Assembly: GCA_965222375.1 (NCBI GenBank)
Contig: CBDCTZ010000012.1
Coordinates: 64,001 to 128,000 of the forward strand
Length of the DNA stretch: 64,000 nucleotides
Reading direction: 5' to 3'
Source of the DNA: Polyangiaceae bacterium
GTDB lineage: Bacteria > Myxococcota_A > Polyangia > Polyangiales > Polyangiaceae
In this document: positions 21,610 to 31,179 of the stretch, piece by piece
Layout of the letters: every line of letters starts with the position of its first letter
How positions within the stretch are numbered: position 1 is the first letter of the stretch
Translations under genes and position numbers: made by a program
The notes under the pieces: generated by a model
What the model saw: only the letters and a program-made list of their open reading frames with translations
Told to the model about the DNA's origin: nothing
Databases searched by the model: none

Positions 21610-21708
21610 AAAAACCCAGTCGTTTTGGCGATTTAGCGGCCCCCAACCGCGAGCAAAAAGAGGCTTCGGAAGGAAGAACCTGCTCAAACGTCCGTATATT
21701 GAGTCGCG

Positions 21709-21873
21709 ATGCGCGAGCCGGAACCTGTGGAGGCCTTAGCAATCATGCTGGCGGGCCTTCTGAATGCCGAGGCCGAGGCTGGGCTGGCTCCGGCGTCCGT
21801 CCGCCGCCAAATCGAGAGCGGCGTGTTTCGCATCGCCCTGCCTGAAGACGACGAATCTCAGCCAGAGACATGA
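21709..21873 (+). CDS. Small hypothetical protein (54 aa, MREPEPVEALAIML...ESGVFRIALPEDDESQPET), absent from the ORF track
   Basis: Manual translation; TATATT -10-like hexamer 8 nt upstream of the ATG; fills the intergenic gap. Confidence 0.5.
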   Translation: MREPEPVEALAIMLAGLLNAEAEAGLAPASVRRQIESGVFRIALPEDDESQPET

Positions 21874-21886
21874 TCCTTTTCATGTC
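21867..21886. promoter_or_regulatory. CRP/FNR-type palindrome GACATGA-N6-TCATGTC upstream of the FNR-like gene
   Basis: Perfect 7-bp inverted repeat with a TGA-N6-TCA core. Confidence 0.55.
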
Positions 21887-21937
21887 GTGAGTCGACGCTT
21901 CACGGGCAGTGGCTTAGGGTAGCAGCCGAGGTGGAGC

Positions 21938-22588
21938 GTGGATAAAGCCGGAATGCCGTGGCGGTGTCAGACGTGCAAGCTGGGGGCAGCGTCGATTCCC
22001 GAGGAGTGCCCGTTTCATGAGACACGGCGGCCACCAGGCACCGTCCTTCTAGCGGAGGGTGAAAAACCGGATGTGGTTTGGTACCTGAGAAGGGGCCGCG
22101 TCGCCTTGGGCTCCGTTACGGAATCCGGAGCGGACTCGTCCTGCGCGGTACGCGGTCCGGAAACGCTACTAGGGCTGGAGGTCCTGCTCGGGGATCCGGT
22201 TCCGTACCAAGTATGGACGCTGACTGACGTGGTCCTGTGTGCCATCGATGCCGGACAGTTTCGCAGCTGGACCGGCAGTTTGCAGACCCCCATGGGCGCG
22301 GTCCTCGATCTGACCTTGAGAGAAGCTGCCCGCCGCATCGCAGATCGGCAGGCCCTGGAAGGGACGGCGGTGCAGCGCATCGCGCGTTTCCTAGTCGCCA
22401 GCTACGACGCCGGCACGCCGGATGAGCCTCTCGATCTACAACAGCGTGTGATCGCTCGCGTTTTGAGCATGCGTCCTGAGACGCTGTCTCGCGCCATGGC
22501 CAAACTGCGTGAAGAAAACGCTCTTGGTCCTGGGCGTAACGTCAGCATCGCCGACATTGATGCGCTTCGACGCATCGCTTCTTCGTAG
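21938..22588 (+). CDS. FNR-like Crp/Fnr transcriptional regulator
   Basis: N-terminal Cys10/Cys13/Cys24 plus internal VLCAI Cys; HTH with ETLSR. Confidence 0.88.
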   Translation: MDKAGMPWRCQTCKLGAASIPEECPFHETRRPPGTVLLAEGEKPDVVWYLRRGRVALGSVTESGADSSCAVRGPETLLGLEVLLGDPVPYQVWTLTDVVLCAIDAGQFRSWTGSLQTPMGAVLDLTLREAARRIADRQALEGTAVQRIARFLVASYDAGTPDEPLDLQQRVIARVLSMRPETLSRAMAKLREENALGPGRNVSIADIDALRRIASS

Positions 22589-22674
22589 TCCGAAATGCCG
22601 TTGCGCCGGCCGCTCGTGGGGACCCTGATTCTGGCGTTGGCGTTTCGAAAATCGCTCCGCTGCGGCGCGTCAAC

Positions 22675-22688
22675 TTGACGCCCATCAA
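22675..22688 (+). promoter_or_regulatory. FNR box TTGAC-GCCC-ATCAA
   Basis: 9/10 match to TTGAT-N4-ATCAA; 73 nt upstream of the had start. Confidence 0.8.
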
Positions 22689-22714
22689 GGCGCGCGCAGT
22701 CTCGATGTGGGAGT

Positions 22715-22726
22715 GAACGATCGTTC
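22715..22726. promoter_or_regulatory. Candidate TetR operator GAACGATCGTTC
   Basis: Perfect 12-bp palindrome centred 39 nt downstream of the FNR box centre. Confidence 0.62.
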
Positions 22727-22761
22727 GTACGGCCACCCGGGGCCGCGATCCAGGAGGGCAG

Positions 22762-23817
22762 ATGGGGATCAAGAGCGAGGCGTTTTTCTTGGAGCAGACC
22801 ACCGCGCCGCTTGCGAAGCGAGAGTTCGAACTCGACTCGCCGAGCGCGACCGACGCCGTCGTCGAGGTGACGGCCTGCGGTTTGTGTCACACGGATCTCG
22901 GATTCGCGCGCGGAGCAGTCGCCCCGCAGCATGCGCTGCCCCTCGTGCTCGGTCACGAGATCGTCGGCACGGTCGTGGAAGCCGGAGACGCGGTGAAGGA
23001 TTGGGTCGGCAAGCGCGTACTCGTTCCCGCGGTGATGCCTTGTGGCGAGTGCGAGTTCTGTCGAGCAGGCCGGGGCAATGCGTGCCCGGGTCAGAAGATG
23101 CCCGGCAACGACATTCACGGCGGCTTTGCGCGCCATGTGGCGGTGCCAGCGCGGTCGATCGTTTCTCTGGAGGACGCGCCGAAGAACGTGAACATCGATG
23201 CACTTTCCGTGGTGGCGGATGCTGTGTCGACGGCGTACCAAGCTGTGGTGCGTGCGGATGTTCGCGAAGGCGACGTCGCGTTCGTCGTTGGTGGCGGTGG
23301 CGTTGGCGGCTATGTCACGCAGATCGCCAAAGCCCTCGGCGCCAAGGTGGTCGTTTGCGATGTGCACCCCGAGCGGCTGAGCGACCTGCCCGCCGACGAG
23401 AAGGTGAATGTGTCTGGGCGCGAGGCCCGAGACGTGCGCAAAGAGCTATTTGGCATGGCCAAAAAGTGGGGCGTGCCCTCGCTGCGTTGGCGCACTTTCG
23501 AGTGCAGCGGCGCCGCGCCGGGTCAGTCCTTGGCCTACACGCTGCTTTCGCGAGCTTCCACACTGATGGTCGTGGGCTTCACCCGCGACCCCGTCAACGT
23601 GCGCTTGAGCAACTTGATGGCTTTCGACGCCACGGTGCATGGAACTTGGGGCTGCCCGGTGGAGGCGTACCCGGCCGTGCTGTCCCTCATCTACGAAGGT
23701 CGCGTTCAGATCGAACCCTTCGTAGAGCGCGGTCCGATGTCGGATCTGAACGATTACTTGGCTGCGCTCGAAGCGCACAAACTCGAAAAACGCATGGTGC
23801 TCAATCCGACCCAATGA
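22762..23817 (+). CDS. had: 6-hydroxycyclohex-1-ene-1-carbonyl-CoA dehydrogenase
   Basis: Zn-ADH motifs (CHTD, GHE, CxxCxxC) plus KMPGNDIHGGFA and RLSNLMAFDA; adjacent to oah/dch/bcr. Confidence 0.92.
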   Translation: MGIKSEAFFLEQTTAPLAKREFELDSPSATDAVVEVTACGLCHTDLGFARGAVAPQHALPLVLGHEIVGTVVEAGDAVKDWVGKRVLVPAVMPCGECEFCRAGRGNACPGQKMPGNDIHGGFARHVAVPARSIVSLEDAPKNVNIDALSVVADAVSTAYQAVVRADVREGDVAFVVGGGGVGGYVTQIAKALGAKVVVCDVHPERLSDLPADEKVNVSGREARDVRKELFGMAKKWGVPSLRWRTFECSGAAPGQSLAYTLLSRASTLMVVGFTRDPVNVRLSNLMAFDATVHGTWGCPVEAYPAVLSLIYEGRVQIEPFVERGPMSDLNDYLAALEAHKLEKRMVLNPTQ

Positions 23818-23842
23818 GGGCGGCGATTCTAGGAGAAAAGTC

Positions 23843-24952
23843 ATGGGGACACTGAACAACCACGAACTATCGGGCGACTACGAGTTCAAGAACATCCGCT
23901 ACGAGAAGAAACCCGTACTGGACAAAGCGGGCACGCCCGTCGAAGGGCTGTGCCAGATTTGGATCTCGCTAGACAACGAGAAGCAGCTCAACTCCTACAC
24001 GACGGATGCGGTCAAAGACGTCGTCTTGGCGTTTCGCCGCGCCAGCGCGGATCGCAGCGCGGTCAACGTTGTGTTTACCGCCGTTGGCGACAGGTCTTTC
24101 TGTACCGGGGGCAACACCGAAGAGTACGCCACCTATTATGCGAACCGACCGTTGGAGTACCTGCAGTACATGCGGCTCTTCAACGACATGGTCACGAACA
24201 TCCTGATCTGCGACAAGCCGGTGATTTGCCGAGTCAACGGCATGCGAATCGCGGGCGGTCAGGAAATCGGCATGGCCTGCGACTTCACCGTCGCAGGTGA
24301 CCATGCGCGCTTCGGTCAAGCCGGGCCGGTGCATGGGTCCGCGCCGGATGGTGGCTCCACGGACTTTTTGGACGAGTATGTAGGCTTCTCGCGGGCGGTG
24401 GAGTCCTTGGTGCTGTGCGACCCCTGGAGCGCGCACAAGGCGCTGCGCATCGGTCTCATCAACGAGATCGCCGCCGTGTACAAGAACTCCAGCGGCAAGT
24501 TCATCCCGAACCCCTTCGTGATCACGGACCGCTTCGTCGACGAGATGGGGCGCGTGGTGCACGGCGAGTGGAAAGCCGGTGCCGAGCGCGACGCCGCCAA
24601 GAAGGTCGTTGCCGGCTGCAGCATCGATTTTTCGGAGCTCGATAAGAGCGTGAACGCCCTGTCGACCAAGCTGCTCTACACCTTTCCGGATTGCGCCCGG
24701 AAGACCCTGGAGAGCGTACGTAAGAAGAAGCTGACCCACTGGTACGCCAACAGCGAAACCAATCGTTCTTGGCTGTCCCTGAACATGAACGCCGAAGCGT
24801 CCCTCGGCTTTCCTGCCTTCCACTACGGTGACCGAGGCGAGCGCGAGATCGACTTCGTCGACTATCGCCGCCGCGTCGCGCGAGGCGAGCGCTTCGACCG
24901 GGAGCTGGCCAAAGCCGTGCTGCCCAAGAGCGCGGTGGAAAAGATGGGCTGA
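23843..24952 (+). CDS. oah: 6-oxocyclohex-1-ene-1-carbonyl-CoA hydrolase
   Basis: Crotonase fold with NSYTT, FCTGGNTEEYA, GQAGPVHGSAPDGGSTDFL; 369 aa. Confidence 0.94.
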   Translation: MGTLNNHELSGDYEFKNIRYEKKPVLDKAGTPVEGLCQIWISLDNEKQLNSYTTDAVKDVVLAFRRASADRSAVNVVFTAVGDRSFCTGGNTEEYATYYANRPLEYLQYMRLFNDMVTNILICDKPVICRVNGMRIAGGQEIGMACDFTVAGDHARFGQAGPVHGSAPDGGSTDFLDEYVGFSRAVESLVLCDPWSAHKALRIGLINEIAAVYKNSSGKFIPNPFVITDRFVDEMGRVVHGEWKAGAERDAAKKVVAGCSIDFSELDKSVNALSTKLLYTFPDCARKTLESVRKKKLTHWYANSETNRSWLSLNMNAEASLGFPAFHYGDRGEREIDFVDYRRRVARGERFDRELAKAVLPKSAVEKMG

Positions 24953-24954
24953 GC

Positions 24955-25737
24955 ATGGCCGAAGCAGAAGAAGTGGTTGCTACGCTCAGCTCCGATGAGC
25001 GGCTCCTAGACCTCGAGTTCTATCGAGAAAAGGGCAACGTGCTGACGGGCGGGGTCATGCAGCGCATTGAAGCGGCCCTGGCGGAGCATGCGTCACGAGC
25101 GTCGCTGCGCATGGTCGTCCTGCGGGGCCGCGGAAAGCACTTCTCCTTCGGCGCTTCCGTGGAAGAGCACCGCAAGGACCAAGCCCCGAAGATGTTAGAG
25201 GGCTTTCACAAATTGTGTCGGCGGGTAGCGGGTTACCCCGTGCCCGTCGCGGCGGTGGTGCAAGGCCGCTGCCTGGGTGGCGCCTTCGAACTCGCGCTCT
25301 GCGCCCACTTCGTGCTGGCGCGCCGGAGCGCCGTGTTTGCTTGCCCGGAGATCAAGCTCGGCGTGTTCCCGCCGGTGCTCGCGGCACTGGGACCGCTGCG
25401 CCTGGGCACGGGCGTGGCTGAACGGCTGCTTCTGACAGGCTCGGATCTGACCGCCGAGCGCGCGCAGCAGCTCGGCTTCGTCACCGACCTCTTCGACGAT
25501 GACGTCGAGGGCGCGGATGCAGCGAAGGCTTGGTATGAAAAGGAGTTGGCGCCGCTTTCGGCTCTGGCGCTCCGCCAGGCGGTCAAGGTGGTCCGTCGCC
25601 CCATCGTCGAGCAGCTTGCGCAGCCACTGCAGCAGGCGGAAGAGCAATACGTTGGCGAGTTGCTCGAGAGTGCAGACGCTAACGAAGGCATCGAAGCATT
25701 CATCGCTCGGAGGAAGCCCGAGTGGCAGGATCGTTAG
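24955..25737 (+). CDS. dch: Cyclohexa-1,5-dienecarbonyl-CoA hydratase
   Basis: HFSFGASVEEH, CLGG, PEIKLGVF motifs; gene context. Confidence 0.9.
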   Translation: MAEAEEVVATLSSDERLLDLEFYREKGNVLTGGVMQRIEAALAEHASRASLRMVVLRGRGKHFSFGASVEEHRKDQAPKMLEGFHKLCRRVAGYPVPVAAVVQGRCLGGAFELALCAHFVLARRSAVFACPEIKLGVFPPVLAALGPLRLGTGVAERLLLTGSDLTAERAQQLGFVTDLFDDDVEGADAAKAWYEKELAPLSALALRQAVKVVRRPIVEQLAQPLQQAEEQYVGELLESADANEGIEAFIARRKPEWQDR

Positions 25738-26405
25738 AGGGCGTGGACCCCGCCGCCGTTGCGCGGTCGGAGATCCTGCATGCGGCAGCCCGGGCTGTGG
25801 CGGAGCATGGCTTCCATGGCATGAGTATGCGGGAGTTGGCCCGGGCCACGGGTCGGTCGCCAGCGAGCTTCTACAACTACTTCCGATCCAAGGAGGCCGT
25901 GCTCCTGGCGATTCAGCTGGAGGCCTTTGATGTCTTGCTTTCGGCGGTGCGCACGGCCTTGGCTCGCTTCACATCACCCCAAGAGCGACTGTACGCATTC
26001 GTGCTCAACCACGTGCGGTACTTCGCGAAGCATAGCGACGTCATGCGTGTCTTGATTCACGAGGCCACGGCGTTGCCCCCGGAGTCCCGCGCGAAAGTTC
26101 GCGAGTTGAAGTCCCGCTACTTCGAGCTGGGGCGCAAGCTCGTACGCAAGCGCAGCCCGAAGGGCACCAGCCGCGCCGAGGTGGAGCGGGCGACCTACTG
26201 CCTATTCGGGATGCTGAACTGGATCTACGGCTGGTACCAGCCCGAGCTGCATGGTCCGCCGGCGCAGTTGGCACGCAGCATCTTCAGCGTTGCAGAAGGT
26301 GGCCTCGTCGGTGCGGACGTGGACCAAGACATGCTGAACAGAGTCGAGCGAGAGCTATCCGGTCTGGATGCTCCCGCGTTGCTTTCAGGACCCAAGGAGA
26401 TCTGA
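25722..26405 (+). CDS. TetR-family regulator (PaaR/KstR2-like acyl-CoA sensor)
   Basis: N-terminal HTH (GFHGMSMRELA...FYNYFRSKE); C-terminal GMLNWIYGWY. Confidence 0.88.
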   Translation: MAGSLEGVDPAAVARSEILHAAARAVAEHGFHGMSMRELARATGRSPASFYNYFRSKEAVLLAIQLEAFDVLLSAVRTALARFTSPQERLYAFVLNHVRYFAKHSDVMRVLIHEATALPPESRAKVRELKSRYFELGRKLVRKRSPKGTSRAEVERATYCLFGMLNWIYGWYQPELHGPPAQLARSIFSVAEGGLVGADVDQDMLNRVERELSGLDAPALLSGPKEI

Positions 26406-26407
26406 CC

Positions 26408-27598
26408 ATGAGTAGCTGGGACGACAAAGATCCGATGCGCGACGTGTTGTCGCGCTCCCTTTCTCTGGTGGAGGATCTGTCTTTCGCCGAAGTGGCGCGC
26501 TGGAAAGAAGCCAACCCGGGTGGGTTGGCGGTTGGCTACATGCCGATCTACGTGCCTCGCCCGATGTTGGAGGCGATTGGCTGCCTGCCGGTAGCGGTGT
26601 TTGGCGGCGGGGATCAGCTCGACATCATTCGCGGCGACTCGTATTTTCAGTCCTACATCTGCCACATCCCACGCAGCACCCTGGAGCTCGCGCTGACCGG
26701 GCGCCTCGACAACATCGATGGCATGCTGTTCCCGTCTATCTGCGACGTGATCCGCAACCTGGGTGGGATCTGGAAGATGCTGTTTCCGGATCGCTACGGC
26801 GCCTACGTCGATCTGCCCCAGAACTTCGACCCGCACATCGGTGGCAAGTTCTACGCTCTGGAGATTCGTCGCATCGCCCGGGAGCTCAAGGAGCGCGGGG
26901 CGAAAGAGCTGACCGACGACGCTTTGCGACAAGCCATCCAGGTCGAAAACTCTCGGCGCCAGGCGCTGGCCGGCTTGGATGAGCTTCGACAGAAGGAACC
27001 TTGGCGCCTCAGGGCCTCGGAGGCCTACTTGCTTGCCCGCGCCGGCAGCGTGCTCGATGCCGCGAGCCACGGGAAGCTGCTGCGAGAAGCGCTTACCAAA
27101 GCCAAGGACCGACAAACGCGAGTCTACGATAACGTTCGCGTCGTGGTTCGCGGGTCCTTCTGCGAGCAACCGCCCCTGGGCTTGATTCGCACCCTCGAGG
27201 CTGCCGGTTGCGACATCGTCGACGACGATTTTCAGCTCGGGCTCACCTTCGTCGAGGGTGACATCGAGGAAGACGCGAAGGATCCGGTGACGGCCCTAGC
27301 AGACGCGTATCTGAAGCGCGGCGTTGCGACGGCGAGTCGCTACATTGGCGACGATGAAAAGGGCAAAGCCTTGGCTGATCGAGTCAAAGCTGTCGGAGCC
27401 GAAGGCGTGATCTTCGCCGCTGCGTCTTTCTGTGATCCGGCGCTGCTGGACCAGCCGATGCTCGAAGCGGCCATGGACCGCTCCAGCATCCCACATACGA
27501 GTCTCAAATACGGCGAAAATACAGGCCAATTCCAAGTGATCAAAGAACAAGCAGGAGCGTTTTCGGACGCCGTCAAACTCTGGGGAAGTGCAGCATGA
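26408..27598 (+). CDS. bcrC: Class I benzoyl-CoA reductase subunit C
   Basis: IIRGDSYFQSYICHIPRS, FPSICDVIRNL, FCEQPPLGLI, SFCDPALL, ENTGQFQ. Confidence 0.93.
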   Translation: MSSWDDKDPMRDVLSRSLSLVEDLSFAEVARWKEANPGGLAVGYMPIYVPRPMLEAIGCLPVAVFGGGDQLDIIRGDSYFQSYICHIPRSTLELALTGRLDNIDGMLFPSICDVIRNLGGIWKMLFPDRYGAYVDLPQNFDPHIGGKFYALEIRRIARELKERGAKELTDDALRQAIQVENSRRQALAGLDELRQKEPWRLRASEAYLLARAGSVLDAASHGKLLREALTKAKDRQTRVYDNVRVVVRGSFCEQPPLGLIRTLEAAGCDIVDDDFQLGLTFVEGDIEEDAKDPVTALADAYLKRGVATASRYIGDDEKGKALADRVKAVGAEGVIFAAASFCDPALLDQPMLEAAMDRSSIPHTSLKYGENTGQFQVIKEQAGAFSDAVKLWGSAA

Positions 27599-28896
27599 CC
27601 ACCGCAACCGCTACACAGACGCCGCCCGAGGCGGAAAAAGACGATAGCCAGCTCGAACAAAAGCGAATGATCGCTGACCACTTCGAGAAGCTCTCCCGGG
27701 CCAAGGCCGAAGGGAAGAAGGTGGTGTACACCTTCGTGCCCGGCAACCTGACCGAGTTGATTGGCGCCCTGGACATGTTGCCCGTCCTCCCGGAGATCAA
27801 CGCGCTGCAGTCGGGCATGCGCAAGAAGTCCGGTGCGTACATCTCGGATGCCGAGAAGTCAGGCCACTCCGAGGATGTGTGCACCTATGTGAAGTGCGAC
27901 TTGGGCATGTTGAAGAACGGCAACATCGGACCGACCGGGACGAAACTGCCAGAACCCGATCTGCTCCTGCTATCCTATACGGGCTGCTTCACCTTCATGA
28001 AGTGGTTCGAGATCCTGCGAGAGGAGTACAAGTGCCCGGTCGTGATGCTTCACGTGCCGTATCAAACGGACGGTGAAATCACTCCGGAGATGCGGCAGTA
28101 CGTGGCCGACCAACTGCGGGATGTCGTGATCCCGGCGATGGAGAAGGTCGCCGGCAAGAAGCTGGACATGGACGAGTTGGCTCGTCGCCTCGGGCTCTCG
28201 AAGCAGGCCGAGGACGACCTGGTGGCGGTGTGGGAGTCGGCGCAGAACACGCCATCGCCCATCGATGGCTACTTTGGAGGCGTGTACTACATCGGACCGA
28301 TCTTCAGCGCCTTCCGGGGCACCGAAGCCGCCGTGAAGTACTACAAGATGCTGCGCTCGGAGGTGGAAAGCCGCGTCGCCTCCGGCGAAGGACCAATGAC
28401 TCCGGACGGTCCGGCGACGGACGAACGTTATCGCCTCGTCGTCGAAGGGCCGCCGAATTGGACGCACTTCCTCGACTTCTGGCGCATGTTCAGTCGGGAG
28501 GGGGCGACCATCGTGGCCAGCACCTACACGCGCGTGGGTGGCTTGTACGACACCGGGTTCCGCCACGACCCCAGCTCTCCACTGGAGAGCTTGGCGGACT
28601 ACTGCCTCGGTTGCTACACCAACCTCGGCCTGCCGACCCGCACGGACCTGCTCGAGAGCTACATCAAGCGCTACAAGGCTGATGGCTTCTTGATCAACAG
28701 CGTGAAGAGTTGCAACTCCTTTTCGGCGGGGCAGCTGGTGATGCTGCGAGAGTTGGAGAAACGCACCGGCGTGCCAGGTGGGTTCATCGAGTCCGACCTA
28801 GTCGATCCACGCTACTTCGGTAAAGCCAACATCGAGAACCGGCTGCAGAGCTACCTGCAAATGCTCGAGGCTCGCCGCGGGAGGGCCAGCGCATGA
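27595..28896 (+). CDS. bcrB: Class I benzoyl-CoA reductase subunit B
   Basis: TFVPGNL, SEDVCTYVKCD, YCLGCYTN, SVKSCNSFSAGQL, ESDLVDPRYF. Confidence 0.93.
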   Translation: MTTATATQTPPEAEKDDSQLEQKRMIADHFEKLSRAKAEGKKVVYTFVPGNLTELIGALDMLPVLPEINALQSGMRKKSGAYISDAEKSGHSEDVCTYVKCDLGMLKNGNIGPTGTKLPEPDLLLLSYTGCFTFMKWFEILREEYKCPVVMLHVPYQTDGEITPEMRQYVADQLRDVVIPAMEKVAGKKLDMDELARRLGLSKQAEDDLVAVWESAQNTPSPIDGYFGGVYYIGPIFSAFRGTEAAVKYYKMLRSEVESRVASGEGPMTPDGPATDERYRLVVEGPPNWTHFLDFWRMFSREGATIVASTYTRVGGLYDTGFRHDPSSPLESLADYCLGCYTNLGLPTRTDLLESYIKRYKADGFLINSVKSCNSFSAGQLVMLRELEKRTGVPGGFIESDLVDPRYFGKANIENRLQSYLQMLEARRGRASA

Positions 28897-30248
28897 AAGT
28901 CGTAGTAGGCATTGACCTCGGTTCCACCACCACGAAGGCGGTGCTCGTCGATGAAGACGGGCAAGTCGTCGGTCGAGGCATCACCAACAGCCGGAGCAAC
29001 TACGAAGTGGCGTGCGGCGTCGCGCGAGAGGAAGCTCTCGTGGCAGCGCGCTTCACCCTGCTGGAGCGGGAGCTCGCCAAGCTCGGCCAGAGCGATGGCA
29101 CGGCGGAAATGCGGGAAGCGTTCCGGCTGGAACTCTACTTGGACGAACTCGGGAAGCTGGAGGCTCAGGTCCGCCAGGTGCTCAAGAGCCTGACCTACGT
29201 CGGCAGTCGAGACGTGCTCGTACCCGCGGCCGACGAGATCCTCGGTACCATGCGGGATGAAGCACCCCAGCTCTTCCAAGTGGGGGTTTCCCGCAAGAGC
29301 GACTTCTTCCGGGATTTGGCGGGGGCGGCTTTCGTCGCGGCTGCGGAGGATGTCAGCGTCAAACGCAACCTGCCCTACGAGCGCCTCGTCGGCTTGTTCG
29401 ATCGCGCAGTGCTGGATGTCGAAACTCAGCTCACGCCCCACTCCTTTGGGGACCTTCTAGGCCGAGCCGCTCGTCGGATTTTGGGACAACACGGAAAAGA
29501 GTCAGCCCAAGCGTCCCTGCTCACGGCGGTCGATCGCGTTGCCGGCCTTCCCATCGAGGAGCTGACCTTCGTGGGCACCGGATACGGTCGCCAGACGTTG
29601 CCCTTCCCCAAGGACGCGGTGCGCAGCGAGATCCTGTGTCATGGCCGCGGCGCCCACCGTGTCTTCAACAAGACCCGGACCGTCCTGGACATTGGAGGCC
29701 AAGATACCAAGGCGATTCAGGTGGACGAGCACGGCGTCGTCACGTCGTTCCAGATGAACGATCGCTGCGCCGCGGGCTGCGGTCGCTATTTGGGCTACAT
29801 CGCCGACGAGCTCAACCTGGGCCTGCACGAATTGGGTCCGCTAGCCCTGGGCGCGAAGCGTGTCGTCAAGGTGAACTCCACCTGCACGGTGTTTGCGGGC
29901 GCGGAGCTTCGCGAACGTCTCTCGCTGGGTGAGCGACGTGAGGACATCTTGGCTGGGTTGCATCGGGCCATCATGCTGCGGGCGATGAGTCTGCTCGCAC
30001 GCTCCGGCGGTGTGGAGAACGAGCTGACCTTCACCGGTGGCGTCTGCAAGAACGGCATGGCCACCAAGGTGCTGGCTGAACTGGTCGAGCAGAACTACGG
30101 CGGCGACATCACCCTCAACGCCCACCCCGACTCAATCTACATGGGCGCCCTGGGCGCCGCGCTTTTCGGCCTAGACGATGTGCAGGCCGGCAAACCGATG
30201 ATGCTACCCACCTTTGCCAAGGCTGCTTCAGCCGAGGCCGTGCAGTAG
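28893..30248 (+). CDS. bcrA: Class I benzoyl-CoA reductase subunit A (ATP-binding)
   Basis: GIDLGSTTTKA, TGYGR, SEILCH, DIGGQDTK, MNDRCAAGCGRYL; 451-aa long form. Confidence 0.94.
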   Translation: MKVVVGIDLGSTTTKAVLVDEDGQVVGRGITNSRSNYEVACGVAREEALVAARFTLLERELAKLGQSDGTAEMREAFRLELYLDELGKLEAQVRQVLKSLTYVGSRDVLVPAADEILGTMRDEAPQLFQVGVSRKSDFFRDLAGAAFVAAAEDVSVKRNLPYERLVGLFDRAVLDVETQLTPHSFGDLLGRAARRILGQHGKESAQASLLTAVDRVAGLPIEELTFVGTGYGRQTLPFPKDAVRSEILCHGRGAHRVFNKTRTVLDIGGQDTKAIQVDEHGVVTSFQMNDRCAAGCGRYLGYIADELNLGLHELGPLALGAKRVVKVNSTCTVFAGAELRERLSLGERREDILAGLHRAIMLRAMSLLARSGGVENELTFTGGVCKNGMATKVLAELVEQNYGGDITLNAHPDSIYMGALGAALFGLDDVQAGKPMMLPTFAKAASAEAVQ

Positions 30249-30257
30249 GAGACCGAG

Positions 30258-31145
30258 ATGAAACGACATCTGACAGCCGGCGTGGACCCAGGTGCCAGCA
30301 CCGTCAAGGTGGCCATCGTCGAAAGCAGTGCGGGCGAGAGTGCGAAGATCTTGAGCACGCGCGCGCAGCGCATTCGGCGTCGCGACGTGCACGAGGTCGT
30401 GCGCGCAACCTTCGAGGAGGCCTGCGCCGATGCCAAGGTTGCCCCAGACGCCTTCGACTACATTGCAAGTACTGGCGATGGCGACAGTGTCGGATTTCGC
30501 ACCGGGCACTTCTACAGCATGACCACCCATGCGCGGGGCGCGCTGCAGCTATGTCCCGAAGCGCGTTCAGCCCTCGACATTGGAGCGCTTCACGCCCGGG
30601 CCTTGCGCATGAGCGAGCAGGGGCGAGTGCTAGCTCACCGCATGACCAGCCAATGTGCCAGCGGCAGCGGTCAATTCTTGGAAAACATCGCGCGCTACTT
30701 GGGCGTGCCGCTAGAAGACGTTGGCAAGCTCAGCAAGGGAGCGCAGGCGCCGGAGAAAGTCTCGAGCATCTGTGCTGTGTTGGCCGAAACGGACGTCATC
30801 AACATGGTGTCGAGAGACATCTCTCCTGCAGACATCTTGAAGGGCATCCACCTGAGCATCGCGGGGCGCCTGGTGCAGTTGCTACGCGCCGTTGGCGCGT
30901 CGGGCACCGTGGTGCTCACGGGCGGGCTCAGCCGCGACGAGGGGCTGGTGTCCGCGATCGAGGAGTTGATTCGCGAGGAGAAAACCCGCAAACGCCGCAA
31001 ACAGCACGCGCCGCTGGATCTCGTGGCCCACGAGGATGGGATCTTGGCAGGGGCCTTGGGCGCTGCGCTCTTGGGCGCCTATCGCTACGAACAGCTGAAA
31101 CGCAAAGGCCAACCGGTTGCCAGCGTGGCCATGGCTGCGGTCTGA
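30258..31145 (+). CDS. bcrD: Class I benzoyl-CoA reductase subunit D (ATP-binding)
   Basis: GHFYSMTTHARGA, DIGALH, MTSQCASGSGQFLENIARYL, SSICAVLAETDVINMVSR. Confidence 0.94.
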   Translation: MKRHLTAGVDPGASTVKVAIVESSAGESAKILSTRAQRIRRRDVHEVVRATFEEACADAKVAPDAFDYIASTGDGDSVGFRTGHFYSMTTHARGALQLCPEARSALDIGALHARALRMSEQGRVLAHRMTSQCASGSGQFLENIARYLGVPLEDVGKLSKGAQAPEKVSSICAVLAETDVINMVSRDISPADILKGIHLSIAGRLVQLLRAVGASGTVVLTGGLSRDEGLVSAIEELIREEKTRKRRKQHAPLDLVAHEDGILAGALGAALLGAYRYEQLKRKGQPVASVAMAAV

Positions 31146-31179
31146 GCGAGTCGGGGAACCAAGCTAGAAGGAACAAGCC

